From Halorarum halobium (GTDB taxonomy: Archaea > Halobacteriota > Halobacteria > Halobacteriales > Haloferacaceae), in contig NZ_CP134949.1 in NCBI RefSeq assembly GCF_032116555.1, positions 2,232,001 to 2,296,000 on the forward strand: DNA of 64,000 bases, written 5' to 3'. Shown here piece by piece: positions 19,806 to 32,355 of this stretch. How positions within the stretch are numbered: position 1 is the first letter of the stretch; every line of letters begins with the position of its first letter. The notes beneath the pieces are model-generated. The model was not told the DNA's origin, did not search any database, and was given only the letters and a program-made list of their open reading frames with translations. The position numbers were made by a program, and so were the translations under genes.

Positions 19806-21068
19806 ATGAGTAGCGACGCGGCGGACGGGGCGGACGAGCCCTCCGAGGACCGACGGAAGTACGAGTTCCGCAAGGTCCTCGAGGAGCTCGACGAGTACGA
19901 GGGCTCGGGCACCCAGCTCGTCACCATCTACATCCCCGAGGACAAACAGATCTCCGACGTGGTCGCCCACGTCACCCAGGAACACAGCGAGGCGTCCAAC
20001 ATCAAGTCCAAGCAGACGCGGACGAACGTCCAGGACGCGCTCACCTCCATCAAGGACCGGCTCCGGTACTACGACATCTACCCGCCGGGCAACGGGATGG
20101 TCATCTTCTCGGGCGCGGTGAACGCTGGCGGCGGCCAGACCGACATGGTGACGGAGGTGCTCGAGTCGCCGCCCGAACCCGTCGAGTCGTTCCGCTACCA
20201 CTGCGATTCGGACTTCCTGACCGAGCCGCTCGAGCACATGATGGCCGACAAGGGCCTGTTCGGGCTCGTCGTCCTCGACCGACGGGAAGCGAACGTCGGC
20301 TGGCTGAAGGGGAAACGCGTCGAGCCGGTGAAGTCGGCGTCCTCGCTCGTGCCGGGCAAGCAGCGGAAGGGCGGCCAGTCCGCCCAGCGGTTCGCCCGCC
20401 TGCGGCTGGAGGCGATCGACAACTTCTACCAGGAGGTCGCGGGGATGGCCAACGACCTGTTCGTCGCCAAGCGCCACGAACTGGACGGCATCCTCGTCGG
20501 CGGCCCCTCGCCGACGAAGGACGAGTTCCTCGACGGCGACTACCTCCACCACGAGATCCAGGACAACGTGCTCGGCAAGTTCGACGTCGCCTACACCGAC
20601 GAGTCCGGGCTGTACGACCTGGTCGACGCCGCCCAGGAGGTGCTCGCAGACCAGGAGGTCGTCAAGGACAAGCGACAGATGGAGGAGTTCTTCGAGAACC
20701 TCCACACCGGCGACGAGGCGACCTACGGGTTCGCCGAGACGCGCCGGAACCTCGTGATGGGCGCGGTCGACCGCCTGCTGCTCTCGGAGGACCTCCACCA
20801 CGACGTCGTCCCGTTCGAGTGTCCGAACGGCCACGAGGAGTACGAGATCGTCGAGCGCCGCCACTCGACGCCCGAGCACACCTGTTCGAGTTGCGGCGAG
20901 GAGGCGGAGCCGGGCGAGCGCGAGGACGTCGTCGAGCACCTGATGAACATCGCCGAACAGCGCGGCACGGAAACGAAGTTCATCTCCACCGACTTCGAGA
21001 AGGGCGAGCAGCTCATGGACGCGTTCGGCGGCGTCGCCGGCATCCTCCGCTATCGGACCGGCGTGTAA
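19806..21068 (+). CDS. prf1: Peptide chain release factor aRF1
   Basis: ASNIKS, YHCDS, KGGQSAQRF, FGGVAGILRY. Confidence 0.97.
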   Translation: MSSDAADGADEPSEDRRKYEFRKVLEELDEYEGSGTQLVTIYIPEDKQISDVVAHVTQEHSEASNIKSKQTRTNVQDALTSIKDRLRYYDIYPPGNGMVIFSGAVNAGGGQTDMVTEVLESPPEPVESFRYHCDSDFLTEPLEHMMADKGLFGLVVLDRREANVGWLKGKRVEPVKSASSLVPGKQRKGGQSAQRFARLRLEAIDNFYQEVAGMANDLFVAKRHELDGILVGGPSPTKDEFLDGDYLHHEIQDNVLGKFDVAYTDESGLYDLVDAAQEVLADQEVVKDKRQMEEFFENLHTGDEATYGFAETRRNLVMGAVDRLLLSEDLHHDVVPFECPNGHEEYEIVERRHSTPEHTCSSCGEEAEPGEREDVVEHLMNIAEQRGTETKFISTDFEKGEQLMDAFGGVAGILRYRTGV

Positions 21069-21167
21069 GCCGGCGATCAGGGTCCCGGTAACCGGTTCTC
21101 GGGGGCGTGTGTGTCGGTACCACGCCACCAGCCGATTCAAGAGGGGGAACCGAGAACCGACGGTCGA

Positions 21168-22244
21168 ATGAATCCGCTCGCAGCCGTCGACACGGACGTG
21201 ATCCTCTCGGGCCGGAGCGACTGGATCGGTCCGGACCTCGCCGAGACGCTCTCACACCACCCGTTGGCGTCGATCGAGACCGAGTTCCCCCACCACGTCC
21301 GCTCGATGGAGTCGCCCGAGAGGAACGAGCGCCCCAGGGAGCGGCACCCGGTGTTTTACGGCTGCTACGACTGGCACTCGGCGGTCCACAGCCACTGGGC
21401 GCTGGTTCGACAGCTCCGACTGTTCGACGAACACCCCCGGGAGTCCGAGATTGTCGGGAGCTTCGACTCGCGGTTCACCGAGGAAAACGTCGAACGGGAG
21501 GTCGAACGGTTCGCGGAGACCGAGTCCTTCGAGAAGCCGTACGGCTGGGCGTGGCTCCTGCATCTCGCCTCGGAGCTCTCGCTGTGGGACGACCGGCGCG
21601 CGGACGGGTGGGGAGAACTGCTCGAACCGCTGGAGGAGACCATCGTCGACCTCGTCGAGTCGTCGTTCCTGACCGGGGAGCGGCCGTTCCGGGTCGGGAC
21701 CCACGGGAACACGGCGTTCGCCCTCCACTGCGTCCTCGATTACGCGCGGACCACGTCGAACGACTCGCTGGAGTCCGCGGCTTCGGCGACTGCGCGGAAG
21801 TTCTACGCGGACGACCGCGACTACCCGGTCGCGTACGAACCGCTCGGCTGGGACTTCCTCTCTCCGGCGCTGACCGAGGCGGATCTCATGCGGCGCGTCT
21901 ACGATCGGGACGAGTTCGTGACGTGGCTCGACGGCTTTCTCCCGGAGCTTTCCGCTTCGCCCCACGAGTCGATCCTCGACCCGGTGCGGGTCGACGCTGC
22001 CCCCGACGAGGGTGTCGCGCTCCACCTCGTCGGACTGAACGTCTCGCGCGCGTGGTGTCTGGCGGGCCTCGCGGACGCACTCGACGGGCACCGGTACGGC
22101 GACCCGTTCGAGCGGAGCGCCCGGCGGCACGCCGAGCGGGGTCTGGAGGGGGCGTTCACCGACGATTACGCCGGGTCACACTGGCTCTCGTCGTTCGTGC
22201 TCTATCTGCTGACCCGAACCGAGGGCGGCATCGCGCCGGAGTGA
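21168..22244 (+). CDS. DUF2891 family protein
   Basis: HPVFYGCYDWHSAVHSHW, FEKPYGWAW, HLVGLNVSRAW, YAGSHWLSSF. Confidence 0.88.
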   Translation: MNPLAAVDTDVILSGRSDWIGPDLAETLSHHPLASIETEFPHHVRSMESPERNERPRERHPVFYGCYDWHSAVHSHWALVRQLRLFDEHPRESEIVGSFDSRFTEENVEREVERFAETESFEKPYGWAWLLHLASELSLWDDRRADGWGELLEPLEETIVDLVESSFLTGERPFRVGTHGNTAFALHCVLDYARTTSNDSLESAASATARKFYADDRDYPVAYEPLGWDFLSPALTEADLMRRVYDRDEFVTWLDGFLPELSASPHESILDPVRVDAAPDEGVALHLVGLNVSRAWCLAGLADALDGHRYGDPFERSARRHAERGLEGAFTDDYAGSHWLSSFVLYLLTRTEGGIAPE

Positions 22245-22344
22245 CCCCGGACCGTTCCCGCCGTCAGACGCACGGGAACGGCAGCCGCTCGGCCGGCCGC
22301 GCGGGCCCAGTTTTACGGTAACGGGGTGAGACGTCCCAGCAGCG

Positions 22345-22776
22345 ATGACCTCGCCAGCGGTTTACGACCACTTCCGCCCCGCCGACGCCGACCATCCGGA
22401 CGGGGTCTACCGCGTCGTCGGGGCCGGCGAACGCGGCGTGACGCTCCTCCGCGTCGGCGACGCCCGGGGACGACGCGTCAACACCGGCGAGCTACTCCGC
22501 CTCGACGCCCTCGACGGGTTCGAATCCGCGGAAAACCCGGACGGGAACCGGCGGGCCGGGGACGTCGTCGCGTCGACGGTGAAGACGGCCTACTGGTCGG
22601 TTCGCGCGTTCGTTCAGCAACTCGTCGCCAACCCGCTCCCGGCGACCGCCGCGCTCGCGTTCGTCGTCGTCGGAGCGGCGGGCGAAGGGATCGTCCCCCT
22701 CCCCGACGTCGCGTTCGGCGGCCTGATCGTCGTCGGGAGCCTCGGACTCGCGTACGTCGGCAGCGGCCGCCTGTAG
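22345..22776 (+). CDS. Hypothetical protein with C-terminal TM helices
   Basis: Coding-like codon usage; GVYRVVG N-terminal domain; two hydrophobic segments. Confidence 0.75.
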   Translation: MTSPAVYDHFRPADADHPDGVYRVVGAGERGVTLLRVGDARGRRVNTGELLRLDALDGFESAENPDGNRRAGDVVASTVKTAYWSVRAFVQQLVANPLPATAALAFVVVGAAGEGIVPLPDVAFGGLIVVGSLGLAYVGSGRL

Positions 22777-22806
22777 TGCCCCGGGCGACCGATCCACGGG
22801 AGCCGC

Positions 22807-23703
22807 TCACTCCCTGGCCGTCTGAATCAGGACCACGCCGCTCAGGATGAGTCCGGCACCCACGAGCATCACCGGCGTCACCGCCTCGTCGAGGAACGCC
22901 GCGCCCAGCACCACCGCGACGGCCGGCTCGACGGTCGAGATCACGCCCGCGCGGCTCGCGCCGACCCGCTTCAACCCCGCGAAGAACGCGAAGATGGCCA
23001 GCGCCGTGGCGACGGTGCCGAGCGCGAGGATCACCGCCCAGCCGACCCGGGTCGTCGGGAGCGAGAGCGATCCCGTGGCGGCTCCGACGAGGCCCATCGA
23101 GGCGGCGGCCGCGGGCGCGACGTAGGCAGTCAGCACCCGCTCGTCGGCGGTCCGGAGCGCGACCCGCGAGGTGGTGATGTAACCGGCGTACAGCACGGCC
23201 GCGGCGAGCGTCGCCGCCGCCCCGACCGCGTCGAACGTGGCCGCGCCGGTCCACGAGACGAGACCGACGCCCGCAAGCGTGAGCACCGCCGCGGCGACGG
23301 TTCGGCCCCCCACACGCTCGTCGAGGACCGTCGCCGCGAGCGCGACGACGAACAGCGGGTAGGTGTACAGCAGCACCGCGGCGAGCCCCGCCGAGGTCCG
23401 TTCGACGCCGACGAAGAAGCCGTAGCTGACGCCCGCGTAGCCGACCGCGCCCAGCGCCACCGCGACCGCCGCGTCCCGCGTCGGCAGGCGGAGGACGGGC
23501 GAGGTGTCGGGGACGAGGAGGCGGTGGACGCCGAGTCCCGCCCAGACGACGGCCCCGCCGACCAGAAATCGGAGCGTCAGCGCGGCCGGCACCGACAGCC
23601 CCGCGCGGAACGCGAGTTCGCCGAGGACGCCGAGCGTCCCGAAGCAGGCCGCCGAGAGGAGGACGAACAGCGTGCCGACGGTTCGGCTGTCGAGACGACC
23701 CAT
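22807..23703 (-). CDS. DMT/EamA family transporter
   Basis: About 10 TM helices, LLYTYP, GASRAGVISTVEP. Confidence 0.9.
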   Translation of the reverse strand: MGRLDSRTVGTLFVLLSAACFGTLGVLGELAFRAGLSVPAALTLRFLVGGAVVWAGLGVHRLLVPDTSPVLRLPTRDAAVAVALGAVGYAGVSYGFFVGVERTSAGLAAVLLYTYPLFVVALAATVLDERVGGRTVAAAVLTLAGVGLVSWTGAATFDAVGAAATLAAAVLYAGYITTSRVALRTADERVLTAYVAPAAAASMGLVGAATGSLSLPTTRVGWAVILALGTVATALAIFAFFAGLKRVGASRAGVISTVEPAVAVVLGAAFLDEAVTPVMLVGAGLILSGVVLIQTARE

Positions 23704-23793
23704 CCGTCGGCGGCGACGGGGGCATCGCGTAAATCCCTCGCGGTCCGCGTCGGCCGACCCGTGCGGGACGTGGTCGACGCTCCTCCCGTCGGC

Positions 23794-24213
23794 TCACTCG
23801 AGTAGGGAATCGAGTTGACTGGTTCGCCGTTCCAGGTCGAACTGCGGGTTCGGATCCGCACCGATCAGCCGGTCGAGCGTCAGCGCGACGTCGACGCCGG
23901 CGGCCTCCGCGTGCTCGCGGAGGGTCGCGATCGCGTCCTTCTCCAGGGCCAGGCTCGGGAGTTTCCCCAGGAGGAGCGCGAACGCGACGCCGCCCTCGCC
24001 GCCTGGAAACGAGTCGTCGATCCGTCCGAAGTCGGGCGTTTCGTCCGAGATAACACCGGCGTCGGCGGCGGCTTCCTCGGCGTCGACCGGACTCACGCGG
24101 AGACAACGCGGGCAGATGGCGGCCGTCGACGCGCCCTCGGGGGCGTGTTCCCGGAGCGTCTCGGGAACGGCGAAGGCGACCGGCGGAACCTCGCAGTCGG
24201 GGCAGGTCGGCAT
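23794..24213 (-). CDS. DUF6276-like protein with Cys pairs
   Basis: CPDC and CPRC motifs, PxFDLERR at the C-terminus. Confidence 0.75.
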   Translation of the reverse strand: MPTCPDCEVPPVAFAVPETLREHAPEGASTAAICPRCLRVSPVDAEEAAADAGVISDETPDFGRIDDSFPGGEGGVAFALLLGKLPSLALEKDAIATLREHAEAAGVDVALTLDRLIGADPNPQFDLERRTSQLDSLLE

Positions 24214-24286
24214 ACCGGATGCTGGCGAGCGAACGACGAAAAAGCGCCGGTGGCCGGTGCCGTGGGGACGGGCGTGGACGCGTCGG

Positions 24287-24985
24287 TCAGTCGTCGGCGT
24301 TGACCGTGCCGGGTTCCAGAACCTCCTCGGGATCGCGGGCGGCCTCCTCCTCGGCTTCCTTCTCCTCCTTTTTCGCCTTGATCTTCTTCAGCCGGAAGAT
24401 CTCCTCCCGCTCCTGCTCCTCGAGCTTCTGCTCGATGAACTCCTGGTTCTCGCGCAGGGTCGGCAGGAGCGTGAACTCCAGGGCGTTGACGCGGCGCTTG
24501 GTCGTCTCGATCTCGGTGAGCATCTTCTTCATCGCCGTCTCGACCTCGGCGGCGAGGATGATGCTCTCGATGAGCTCCTCGTAGTCGTCCGCGGCCTCAT
24601 CGATGCGCGCCGAGGAGCCCAGCAGGCCGTAGCCCCGCTCGTCGAGGCTCTTTCGCACCTTCGAGGACTCGATCTGCGGGACGACGACGCCCATGATGTT
24701 CTTCGACTGCGTGGTGATCTCGGGGTGTTCCTGCAGCGCCGCCGCGGCACCGCGGACGGCAACGTCGCCCTCCATCGCGCGAGCCTTGTTGATGGTGTCC
24801 TGGGCGGACTCGTAGTCGTCCTCCAGTTTCGAGCGGACGTCCTGGGCCTGATCGAGGATGTCCATGAACTCCATGATGAGCCCGTCACGCTTCTGTTCGA
24901 GCGTGTCGTGGCCGCGCTCGGAGAGTTCGATGCGGTCCTCGATCTCCATCAGGTTCTTGCGAGTCGGTTTGACGTCCTCGGCCAT
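24287..24985 (-). CDS. atpD: A-type ATP synthase subunit D
   Basis: [28 protein letters not shown]. Confidence 0.97.
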   Translation of the reverse strand: MAEDVKPTRKNLMEIEDRIELSERGHDTLEQKRDGLIMEFMDILDQAQDVRSKLEDDYESAQDTINKARAMEGDVAVRGAAAALQEHPEITTQSKNIMGVVVPQIESSKVRKSLDERGYGLLGSSARIDEAADDYEELIESIILAAEVETAMKKMLTEIETTKRRVNALEFTLLPTLRENQEFIEQKLEEQEREEIFRLKKIKAKKEEKEAEEEAARDPEEVLEPGTVNADD

Positions 24986-25195
24986 GGCTGTTGGTGGTGG
25001 CTTGCCGGCGGAGGGTGTTAATGCTTGTTAGTCTGCCCGCGATTCTCGGGAGCAGGCGTCACGACCGTAGTCAGTACTCGGCTGGTGACGACCTCGAAAG
25101 CCCCCGGACGCTCGACCGTCGGCCCTCGGCCGCCGGTAGTCGTGCGGTGGCCCGAGTGCGGTGGCTTTTCGGCCCGACCACGAGACGTCGGTCCC

Positions 25196-26467
25196 ATGAC
25201 CCCTCCACCCCGCCTGGTTCACCTCTCGGACCTGGAGACGATCTACGACCGACCCGAGGACGCCGGCCGGCTAGCCGGTGCCGTCGAGGCGTTGCGGGAC
25301 GAGCGAACGATCGTCGTCACCACCGGCGACACGACCGCCCTCGGGTCGCTCGCGCTCGCGACCGACGAGGGTCGGCGCCACGGACTGCCGTTCATGCGTG
25401 CTGTCGCCCCGGTCGCGAGCACCTTCGGGAACCACGACCTCGACGAGGGGCCGGGCTGGGCCGCCGAGTGGGCGCGCGACGTGCCCGGCACCCACCTCGC
25501 GGCGAACCTCGACGGCCTCGCCGCCGACGCGTTCGAACCCGGCCTCCTCACGGAGGTGGACGAAGCGCGCGTCGGCCTCGTCGGCGTCGTCAACCCCCGC
25601 ACGCCGGAGATGTGTCACGCCGTCGAGTCGCTGACGTTCACCGACCCGGTCGAGGCGGTCCGCAGGGAGGCCGCCGCCCTCCGCGACAGGGGTGCCGAGT
25701 TCGTCGTCGTCCTCTCCCACTGCGCGAGCGTCGACGCGGACATCGCGGGCGGGACCGACGTCGACGCGGTGCTCGGCGCGCACGACCACGAGCAGGTCGA
25801 GGAGCGTGTCGACGGGACGCTCGTCGCGCGCACCCGCGGCGGACAGGCGAACGAGTACGAGGTCGTGACGCTCGGCGAGGACCCGGCGGCCGACGTCCGG
25901 GACCTGACTGACGCGCCGGTGGACGGGCCGGTCGCCGCCGAGTACCGCGAGCGCCGCGCGGCCGCGGGCATCGACGAGGAAGTGTGCTCGTTCCCCGAAC
26001 CGCTCCCGGAGGCCGAAACCGGGTGGGCCGTCGCCGAGACGTACCGCGTCCGAGGCGAGGCGGACATCGGCGTCGTCGTCGCCGGATCGGTCCGGGGCGG
26101 CTTGCCCGCGACCATCACGGTCGGCGACCTGCTCGGCGTCGTCCCGTTTTCGTCACACCTCCACACGCTCGCCGTCGGCGGCGAGGACCTCGCGAACGCG
26201 ATTCGGCTCGGTCGCGACGAGCCCGACGACACCCACGGCCGCATGTACGTCGCGGGCGCGTCCGTACGCGAGGACGGGCCGGTCGTCGTCGACGACGACC
26301 CGATTTCCCCCGACGCCACCTACCGTGTCGCCTGCACGAGCTATCTCACCGAGGTCGCCCCGCTCCCGGGGTTCGAGCCGGATGCGCTCGTCGCGGACCA
26401 CGGGCTCCAGTACGAGCACATCATCGCGCAGGCACGGGCCGGGGAGTTCGGTCGCGACGTGGAGTGA
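25196..26467 (+). CDS. Bifunctional metallophosphatase/5'-nucleotidase family protein
   Basis: SDLE, TGD, GNHD, LSH, GAHDH motifs plus C-terminal GSVRGG...VVPF domain. Confidence 0.85.
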   Translation: MTPPPRLVHLSDLETIYDRPEDAGRLAGAVEALRDERTIVVTTGDTTALGSLALATDEGRRHGLPFMRAVAPVASTFGNHDLDEGPGWAAEWARDVPGTHLAANLDGLAADAFEPGLLTEVDEARVGLVGVVNPRTPEMCHAVESLTFTDPVEAVRREAAALRDRGAEFVVVLSHCASVDADIAGGTDVDAVLGAHDHEQVEERVDGTLVARTRGGQANEYEVVTLGEDPAADVRDLTDAPVDGPVAAEYRERRAAAGIDEEVCSFPEPLPEAETGWAVAETYRVRGEADIGVVVAGSVRGGLPATITVGDLLGVVPFSSHLHTLAVGGEDLANAIRLGRDEPDDTHGRMYVAGASVREDGPVVVDDDPISPDATYRVACTSYLTEVAPLPGFEPDALVADHGLQYEHIIAQARAGEFGRDVE

Positions 26468-26489
26468 GTGCAGAGAGGCGACAGTCCCC

Positions 26490-26519
26490 GACTACCGACC
26501 GCGGGGACGAGCGGTAGTT
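26490..26519. repeat. GACTACC...GGTAGT hairpin module, diverged copy
   Basis: CCCCGACTACCGA...CGGTAGTT, same ends as the 13.3 kb and 50.5 kb modules. Confidence 0.65.
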
Positions 26520-26549
26520 CCGATGAAACGCGAGCCCGACCGACCGACA

Positions 26550-26677
26550 GGGCGGGAATGGAAGGGGCCGCGGGTCTCGGGGAAGGCGCGGACCGTCAAG
26601 CACCACAGGCGAGCGACCGGAGGGAGCGAGACGAGGAGCGCAGCGGCCGCACCGAGCCGAGACCCGCGGGGGCTTCC
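26550..26677. repeat. Long palindromic intergenic repeat, copy B
   Basis: GGAAG-GGG-CCGCGGGTCTCGG...CCGAGACCCGCGG-GGG-CTTCC; shares CAAGCACCRCAGG and GACGAGGAGCGCAGCG with copy A. Confidence 0.88.
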
Positions 26678-26757
26678 GCGGTCGTCACTTCGCAACCCAC
26701 GATGCGATCCGTTACACTGCAATGGAACGAAATCTAACAGAAAATTCCGAAGGGAAC

Positions 26758-28191
26758 TCAGTCCGCCGAGACTTCCTCGGCCGACTCGTCGCCGCCCGTG
26801 ATGTCCTCGCGGTAGTGCTCCTCGATGAGGTCCTCGCCGACGCGGTTGAGTTCCTCCCTCGGCAGCGTCGAGAGGAGGTCCCAGCCGATCTCGAGCGTCT
26901 CGTCGATGGTGCGGTCCGTGTCGTACCCTTGCTCGACGAACTCCTCCTCGAAGCGGTCCGCGAAGTCGAGGTACTTGTTGTCGCGCTCGGAGAGCGCCTC
27001 CCGACCGACGATGTTCACGAGGTCGCGCAGGTCCTCGCCCTCCGCGTACGCCGCGTACATCTGGTCGGAGACGTCGCCGTGGTCCTCGCGGGTGAGCCCC
27101 TCGCCGATGCCGTCGTCCATCAGGCGCGAGAGGCTCGGCAGCACCTGCACCGGGGGCTGGATGCCCTGGCTGTGCAGGTCGCGGTCGACGTAGATCTGCC
27201 CCTCCGTGATGTAGCCGGTCAGGTCCGGGATCGGGTGGGTGTCGTCGTCGCCCGGCATCGTGAGGATCGGAATCTGGGTCACCGAGCCGTCACGACCCTC
27301 GATCCGGCCCGCGCGCTCGTACAGCTGCGCCAGGTCGGTGTACATGTAACCGGGGTAGCCACGCCGCCCCGGGACCTCCTCGCGGGCCGCCCCGATCTCG
27401 CGGAGCGCCTCGCAGTAGTTGGTCATGTCCGTCAGGATGACGAGCACGTGGTAGTCCTTGTCGAACGCGAGATACTCCGCGGTCGTCAGCGCCATCCGCG
27501 GGGTGACCGTCCGCTCGACCGCGGGGTCGTCCGCGAGGTTCATGAAGACGACCGAGCGCTCCAGCGCGCCGGTGCGCTCGAAGTCCTCCATGAACTCGTT
27601 GGCCTCCTCCTGGGTGATGCCCATCGCGCCGAAGATCACCGCGAACTCCGAGCCCTCGTCGTCCTCGGACGCCTCGTCCTCCTCGGGCACGGTCGCCTGG
27701 CGTGCGATCTGCAGCGCCAGGTCGTTGTGGGGCAGCCCCGAGGCCGAGAAGATCGGGAGCTTCTGGCCCCGGACCAGCGTGTTCATGCCGTCGATCGAGG
27801 ACACGCCGGTCTGGATGAACTCCTCGGGGTACTCCCGGGAGACGGGGTTGATGGCGGCGCCGACGATGTCGCGCCGCTCGTCCGGGACGATGTCCGGGCC
27901 GCCGTCGATCGGCTGGCCCGAGCCGTCCAGCACCCGCCCGAGGAGGTCCTCGGTGACGGGCATCTTCAGCGTCTCGCCCAGGAAGCGGACGGACGCGTTG
28001 CGGTCGATGCCGGTGGTCCCCTCGAACACCTGGATGGCGACGAGGCCGTCCTCGCTCTCGAGGACCTGGCCGCGCTTCGTGTCGCCGCCGGGCGTCTCGA
28101 TCTCGACGATCTCGTCGTAGCCGACGGGCTCGTCGACCTCGGCGTACACGAGGGGGCCACTGATCTCCGTGATTGTCTGGTACTCTTTCAT
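26758..28191 (-). CDS. atpB: A-type ATP synthase subunit B
   Basis: [34 protein letters not shown]. Confidence 0.98.
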   Translation of the reverse strand: MKEYQTITEISGPLVYAEVDEPVGYDEIVEIETPGGDTKRGQVLESEDGLVAIQVFEGTTGIDRNASVRFLGETLKMPVTEDLLGRVLDGSGQPIDGGPDIVPDERRDIVGAAINPVSREYPEEFIQTGVSSIDGMNTLVRGQKLPIFSASGLPHNDLALQIARQATVPEEDEASEDDEGSEFAVIFGAMGITQEEANEFMEDFERTGALERSVVFMNLADDPAVERTVTPRMALTTAEYLAFDKDYHVLVILTDMTNYCEALREIGAAREEVPGRRGYPGYMYTDLAQLYERAGRIEGRDGSVTQIPILTMPGDDDTHPIPDLTGYITEGQIYVDRDLHSQGIQPPVQVLPSLSRLMDDGIGEGLTREDHGDVSDQMYAAYAEGEDLRDLVNIVGREALSERDNKYLDFADRFEEEFVEQGYDTDRTIDETLEIGWDLLSTLPREELNRVGEDLIEEHYREDITGGDESAEEVSAD

Positions 28192-28195
28192 TGGT

Positions 28196-29959
<1,764 letters not shown>

Positions 29960-29963
29960 GGTT

Positions 29964-30296
29964 TTACTCGTTGTCGTCGTCTTCGGCCATCAGGTCGATC
30001 CCGATGGCGCGTTTGATCTGTTCGCGCAGGCCGCTCCCGGCGCCGCCGCCGAGCGTGACGAGCACGGGCTCCACGCTCCCCTCGGCGGACCGGCGGACGG
30101 TCCGCGAGAGGTGATCGAGGTCCTCGTCGCGCATGACGACGATGCCGACCTCGTCGTCGGCGAGCGTGCGCTCGACGGCGTCGTCGAGCCGCTCGTCCTT
30201 CTCGTCGTCCGCGACGTTCTCGCACTTGCGGACCCCCGCCAGTCGAAAGCCCGTCGTGAACTCGGGGCTGCCGATGACCGCGATTTCCTGACTCAT
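29964..30296 (-). CDS. atpF: A-type ATP synthase subunit F
   Basis: [26 protein letters not shown]; operon position. Confidence 0.95.
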   Translation of the reverse strand: MSQEIAVIGSPEFTTGFRLAGVRKCENVADDEKDERLDDAVERTLADDEVGIVVMRDEDLDHLSRTVRRSAEGSVEPVLVTLGGGAGSGLREQIKRAIGIDLMAEDDDNE

Positions 30297-31342
30297 AGGA
30301 TCACCAGTTCCTCCTCGATCTCCTCCTCGGAGAGGCCGGCCTCCTTCCCGCGGGCGATGGCCCGGATGTTGTCAACCTCGCGCTCCTTGGCGAGGATGTA
30401 CGACACCACGGGCGTCACCGACAGCGGGTAGACGTGCCCGAGCGAGTCCGCGTACTCCAGCAGCGCCGCCTCCAGCGCGCGCTCGAACCCGATGAGGCTC
30501 TCCGCGGCCTCCAGGTCGGCCAGCGCGTCCGAGAGGTCCTCGCCGTACCGACTGTCGCGGACCCGCTGGACGAGCTCGTCGGGGTTCTGTGCCAGCGCGC
30601 GGAGCTCCTCGGCCGAGAACAGGACGCCGCCCTCGATGTAGTACTCCGAGGGGTCGACGTCGGCGCCCGACCGGGCGAGCCGCAGCGCGTTGATCGCGTT
30701 CCGGAAGTCGATCTCGGACTCCAGGAACTCGCGGTACTCGGCGAGCGCCTCGCCGGAGAGGTCGCTCGTCGAGAGCAGTTCGTAGTACGCGCGGTCGACC
30801 GCGTTCTCCAACGGGACCAGCACGCCGCTGGCCTCGTAGTCGCCGTACGCCTCCTCGAGCCCCGGACCGAACGGGGTGTCGGAGAGCACTTCGACGACCT
30901 CCTCGATGGACCCTGCATCGAGCAGCCGCCCGATGCGGGCGTCGTCGAACTCGCCGGCGCGGATGAAGTCGGCCTCGACCGACTCGCGCTCGGCGTCCGC
31001 GTACTGCCCGCGGAGCGCGGTTTTGACGTTCCACGCGTCGAACTTGCGGAGGTAGCGGGCCACCTGGTCGTACAGCCGACCCTCACACCAGTCGAGGACG
31101 TCCTCGAACTGCTCCGCGAGGTTCCCGTTCAGCGCGTACTCGATGAGGTCGACGCCGGAGAACCGCGAGCCGAGCTCGTTCACCTGCTCCTCGTAGGCCG
31201 ATTCCTCCATGAAGCGGGCGATCTCGGCCGGGCTCATCCGGACGAGCTTCCGGTAGTCGTCGGTGTCGTACAGCGCGCCGCGTCGGGAGCTGACGCGGGC
31301 GTTCACGTACTCCGGGTTCGACGTGCCGGCGCTCTTACTCAT
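30293..31342 (-). CDS. atpC: A-type ATP synthase subunit C
   Basis: YVNARV, AKEREVDNIRAIARG; operon position. Confidence 0.95.
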   Translation of the reverse strand: MSKSAGTSNPEYVNARVSSRRGALYDTDDYRKLVRMSPAEIARFMEESAYEEQVNELGSRFSGVDLIEYALNGNLAEQFEDVLDWCEGRLYDQVARYLRKFDAWNVKTALRGQYADAERESVEADFIRAGEFDDARIGRLLDAGSIEEVVEVLSDTPFGPGLEEAYGDYEASGVLVPLENAVDRAYYELLSTSDLSGEALAEYREFLESEIDFRNAINALRLARSGADVDPSEYYIEGGVLFSAEELRALAQNPDELVQRVRDSRYGEDLSDALADLEAAESLIGFERALEAALLEYADSLGHVYPLSVTPVVSYILAKEREVDNIRAIARGKEAGLSEEEIEEELVIL

Positions 31343-31919
31343 CGTCGAACAGTCGGTCGCTCAGCTCCTTGAGGTTGTCCTCCCAGACGTCCTCGAGGAC
31401 CGAGTCGAACGTGTTGTTGACCCGGACGCGGGAGCCCTCGCTCTCGACGAACACGCCGCCGAGACAGTCGCGGGACCCCGCGTACGACCAGCCCTCGTAC
31501 TCCGAGAGCACGTCGGTCAGCAGTTCCTCGTCGCCCGCGCGGCCGTAAACGGAGACGGTCTCCGCGTCGTCGAACTCCTCGGCCGCCTGGTCGAGCAGCA
31601 GTCGGGTCAGCTCCTCGCGCCGCTCGCCCTCCAGGTCCGCGATGGCCGCCTCGACTTCCGCCCGGACCGTCTCCAGGGCGTCGCGGCGGGCCTCGAGTCG
31701 CTCCTGCTTGGCTTCGAGCTTCGCGCTGGAGAGCGCCTGTTCGCGCTCCTGGTCGATCTGTCGTTCGACGGCCGCCTCGCGCTCCTCGCGGACGCGCTCG
31801 GCCTCGGCTTCCGCCTCGGCGACGATCTCGTCCGCGCGTTCCTCACCGTCTTCGCGGATTTCCTCCGCACGCGCGCGGGCTTCCTCTCGAATGTCCTCGG
31901 CGACAGTGTCCAAACTCAT
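31335..31919 (-). CDS. atpE: A-type ATP synthase subunit E
   Basis: Coiled-coil N-terminus, CLGGV, VNNTFDS. Confidence 0.95.
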   Translation of the reverse strand: MSLDTVAEDIREEARARAEEIREDGEERADEIVAEAEAEAERVREEREAAVERQIDQEREQALSSAKLEAKQERLEARRDALETVRAEVEAAIADLEGERREELTRLLLDQAAEEFDDAETVSVYGRAGDEELLTDVLSEYEGWSYAGSRDCLGGVFVESEGSRVRVNNTFDSVLEDVWEDNLKELSDRLFDDE

Positions 31920-31937
31920 GGTGAAGAGAGGGGGTGG

Positions 31938-32195
31938 TTACACCAGGAAGAAGGTGACCAGCGCGAGAATGACGAGGGTCTCCGGCAGGACCGTGAAGAT
32001 CAGGCCCGTGACGAAGAGGTCCTCGTCCTCCGCGACCGCGCCGACGGCGGCCGACCCGATGCCGCGCTCGGCGTAGCCCGAGCCGAACGCCGCGAGGCCG
32101 ACCGCGAGCGCCGCCGCCGCGTTGGGCGGAATGGCCGCCGTGCCGCTACCATCCTGCAATACAACGTCTGCCAGTTGAGGGAGTGTGTCGATCAT
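31938..32195 (-). CDS. atpK: A-type ATP synthase proteolipid subunit K (c)
   Basis: AERGIGSAAVGA, LPETLVI with the ion-binding Glu; ATG at 32195. Confidence 0.95.
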   Translation of the reverse strand: MIDTLPQLADVVLQDGSGTAAIPPNAAAALAVGLAAFGSGYAERGIGSAAVGAVAEDEDLFVTGLIFTVLPETLVILALVTFFLV

Positions 32196-32355
32196 GGTTT
32201 TCGGTGGCTGGTTGCCAGTCTCCGGACAGTCGGTGGTTGCACCCAGAGGAGACATAAACCTTCCCAAAGAAACCGGCCGAGGGCCCCGAATCCGAGGGGT
32301 ACGGGCTCGGAGCTATTCGCGTCTCGGGTTGAAAAACGCGCCGAAGTCGGTCGAG

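Noticed and set aside
20815..20900. CPNGH...CSSC zinc-ribbon-like insert in aRF1
   Set aside because: A usual feature of many archaeal aRF1 proteins
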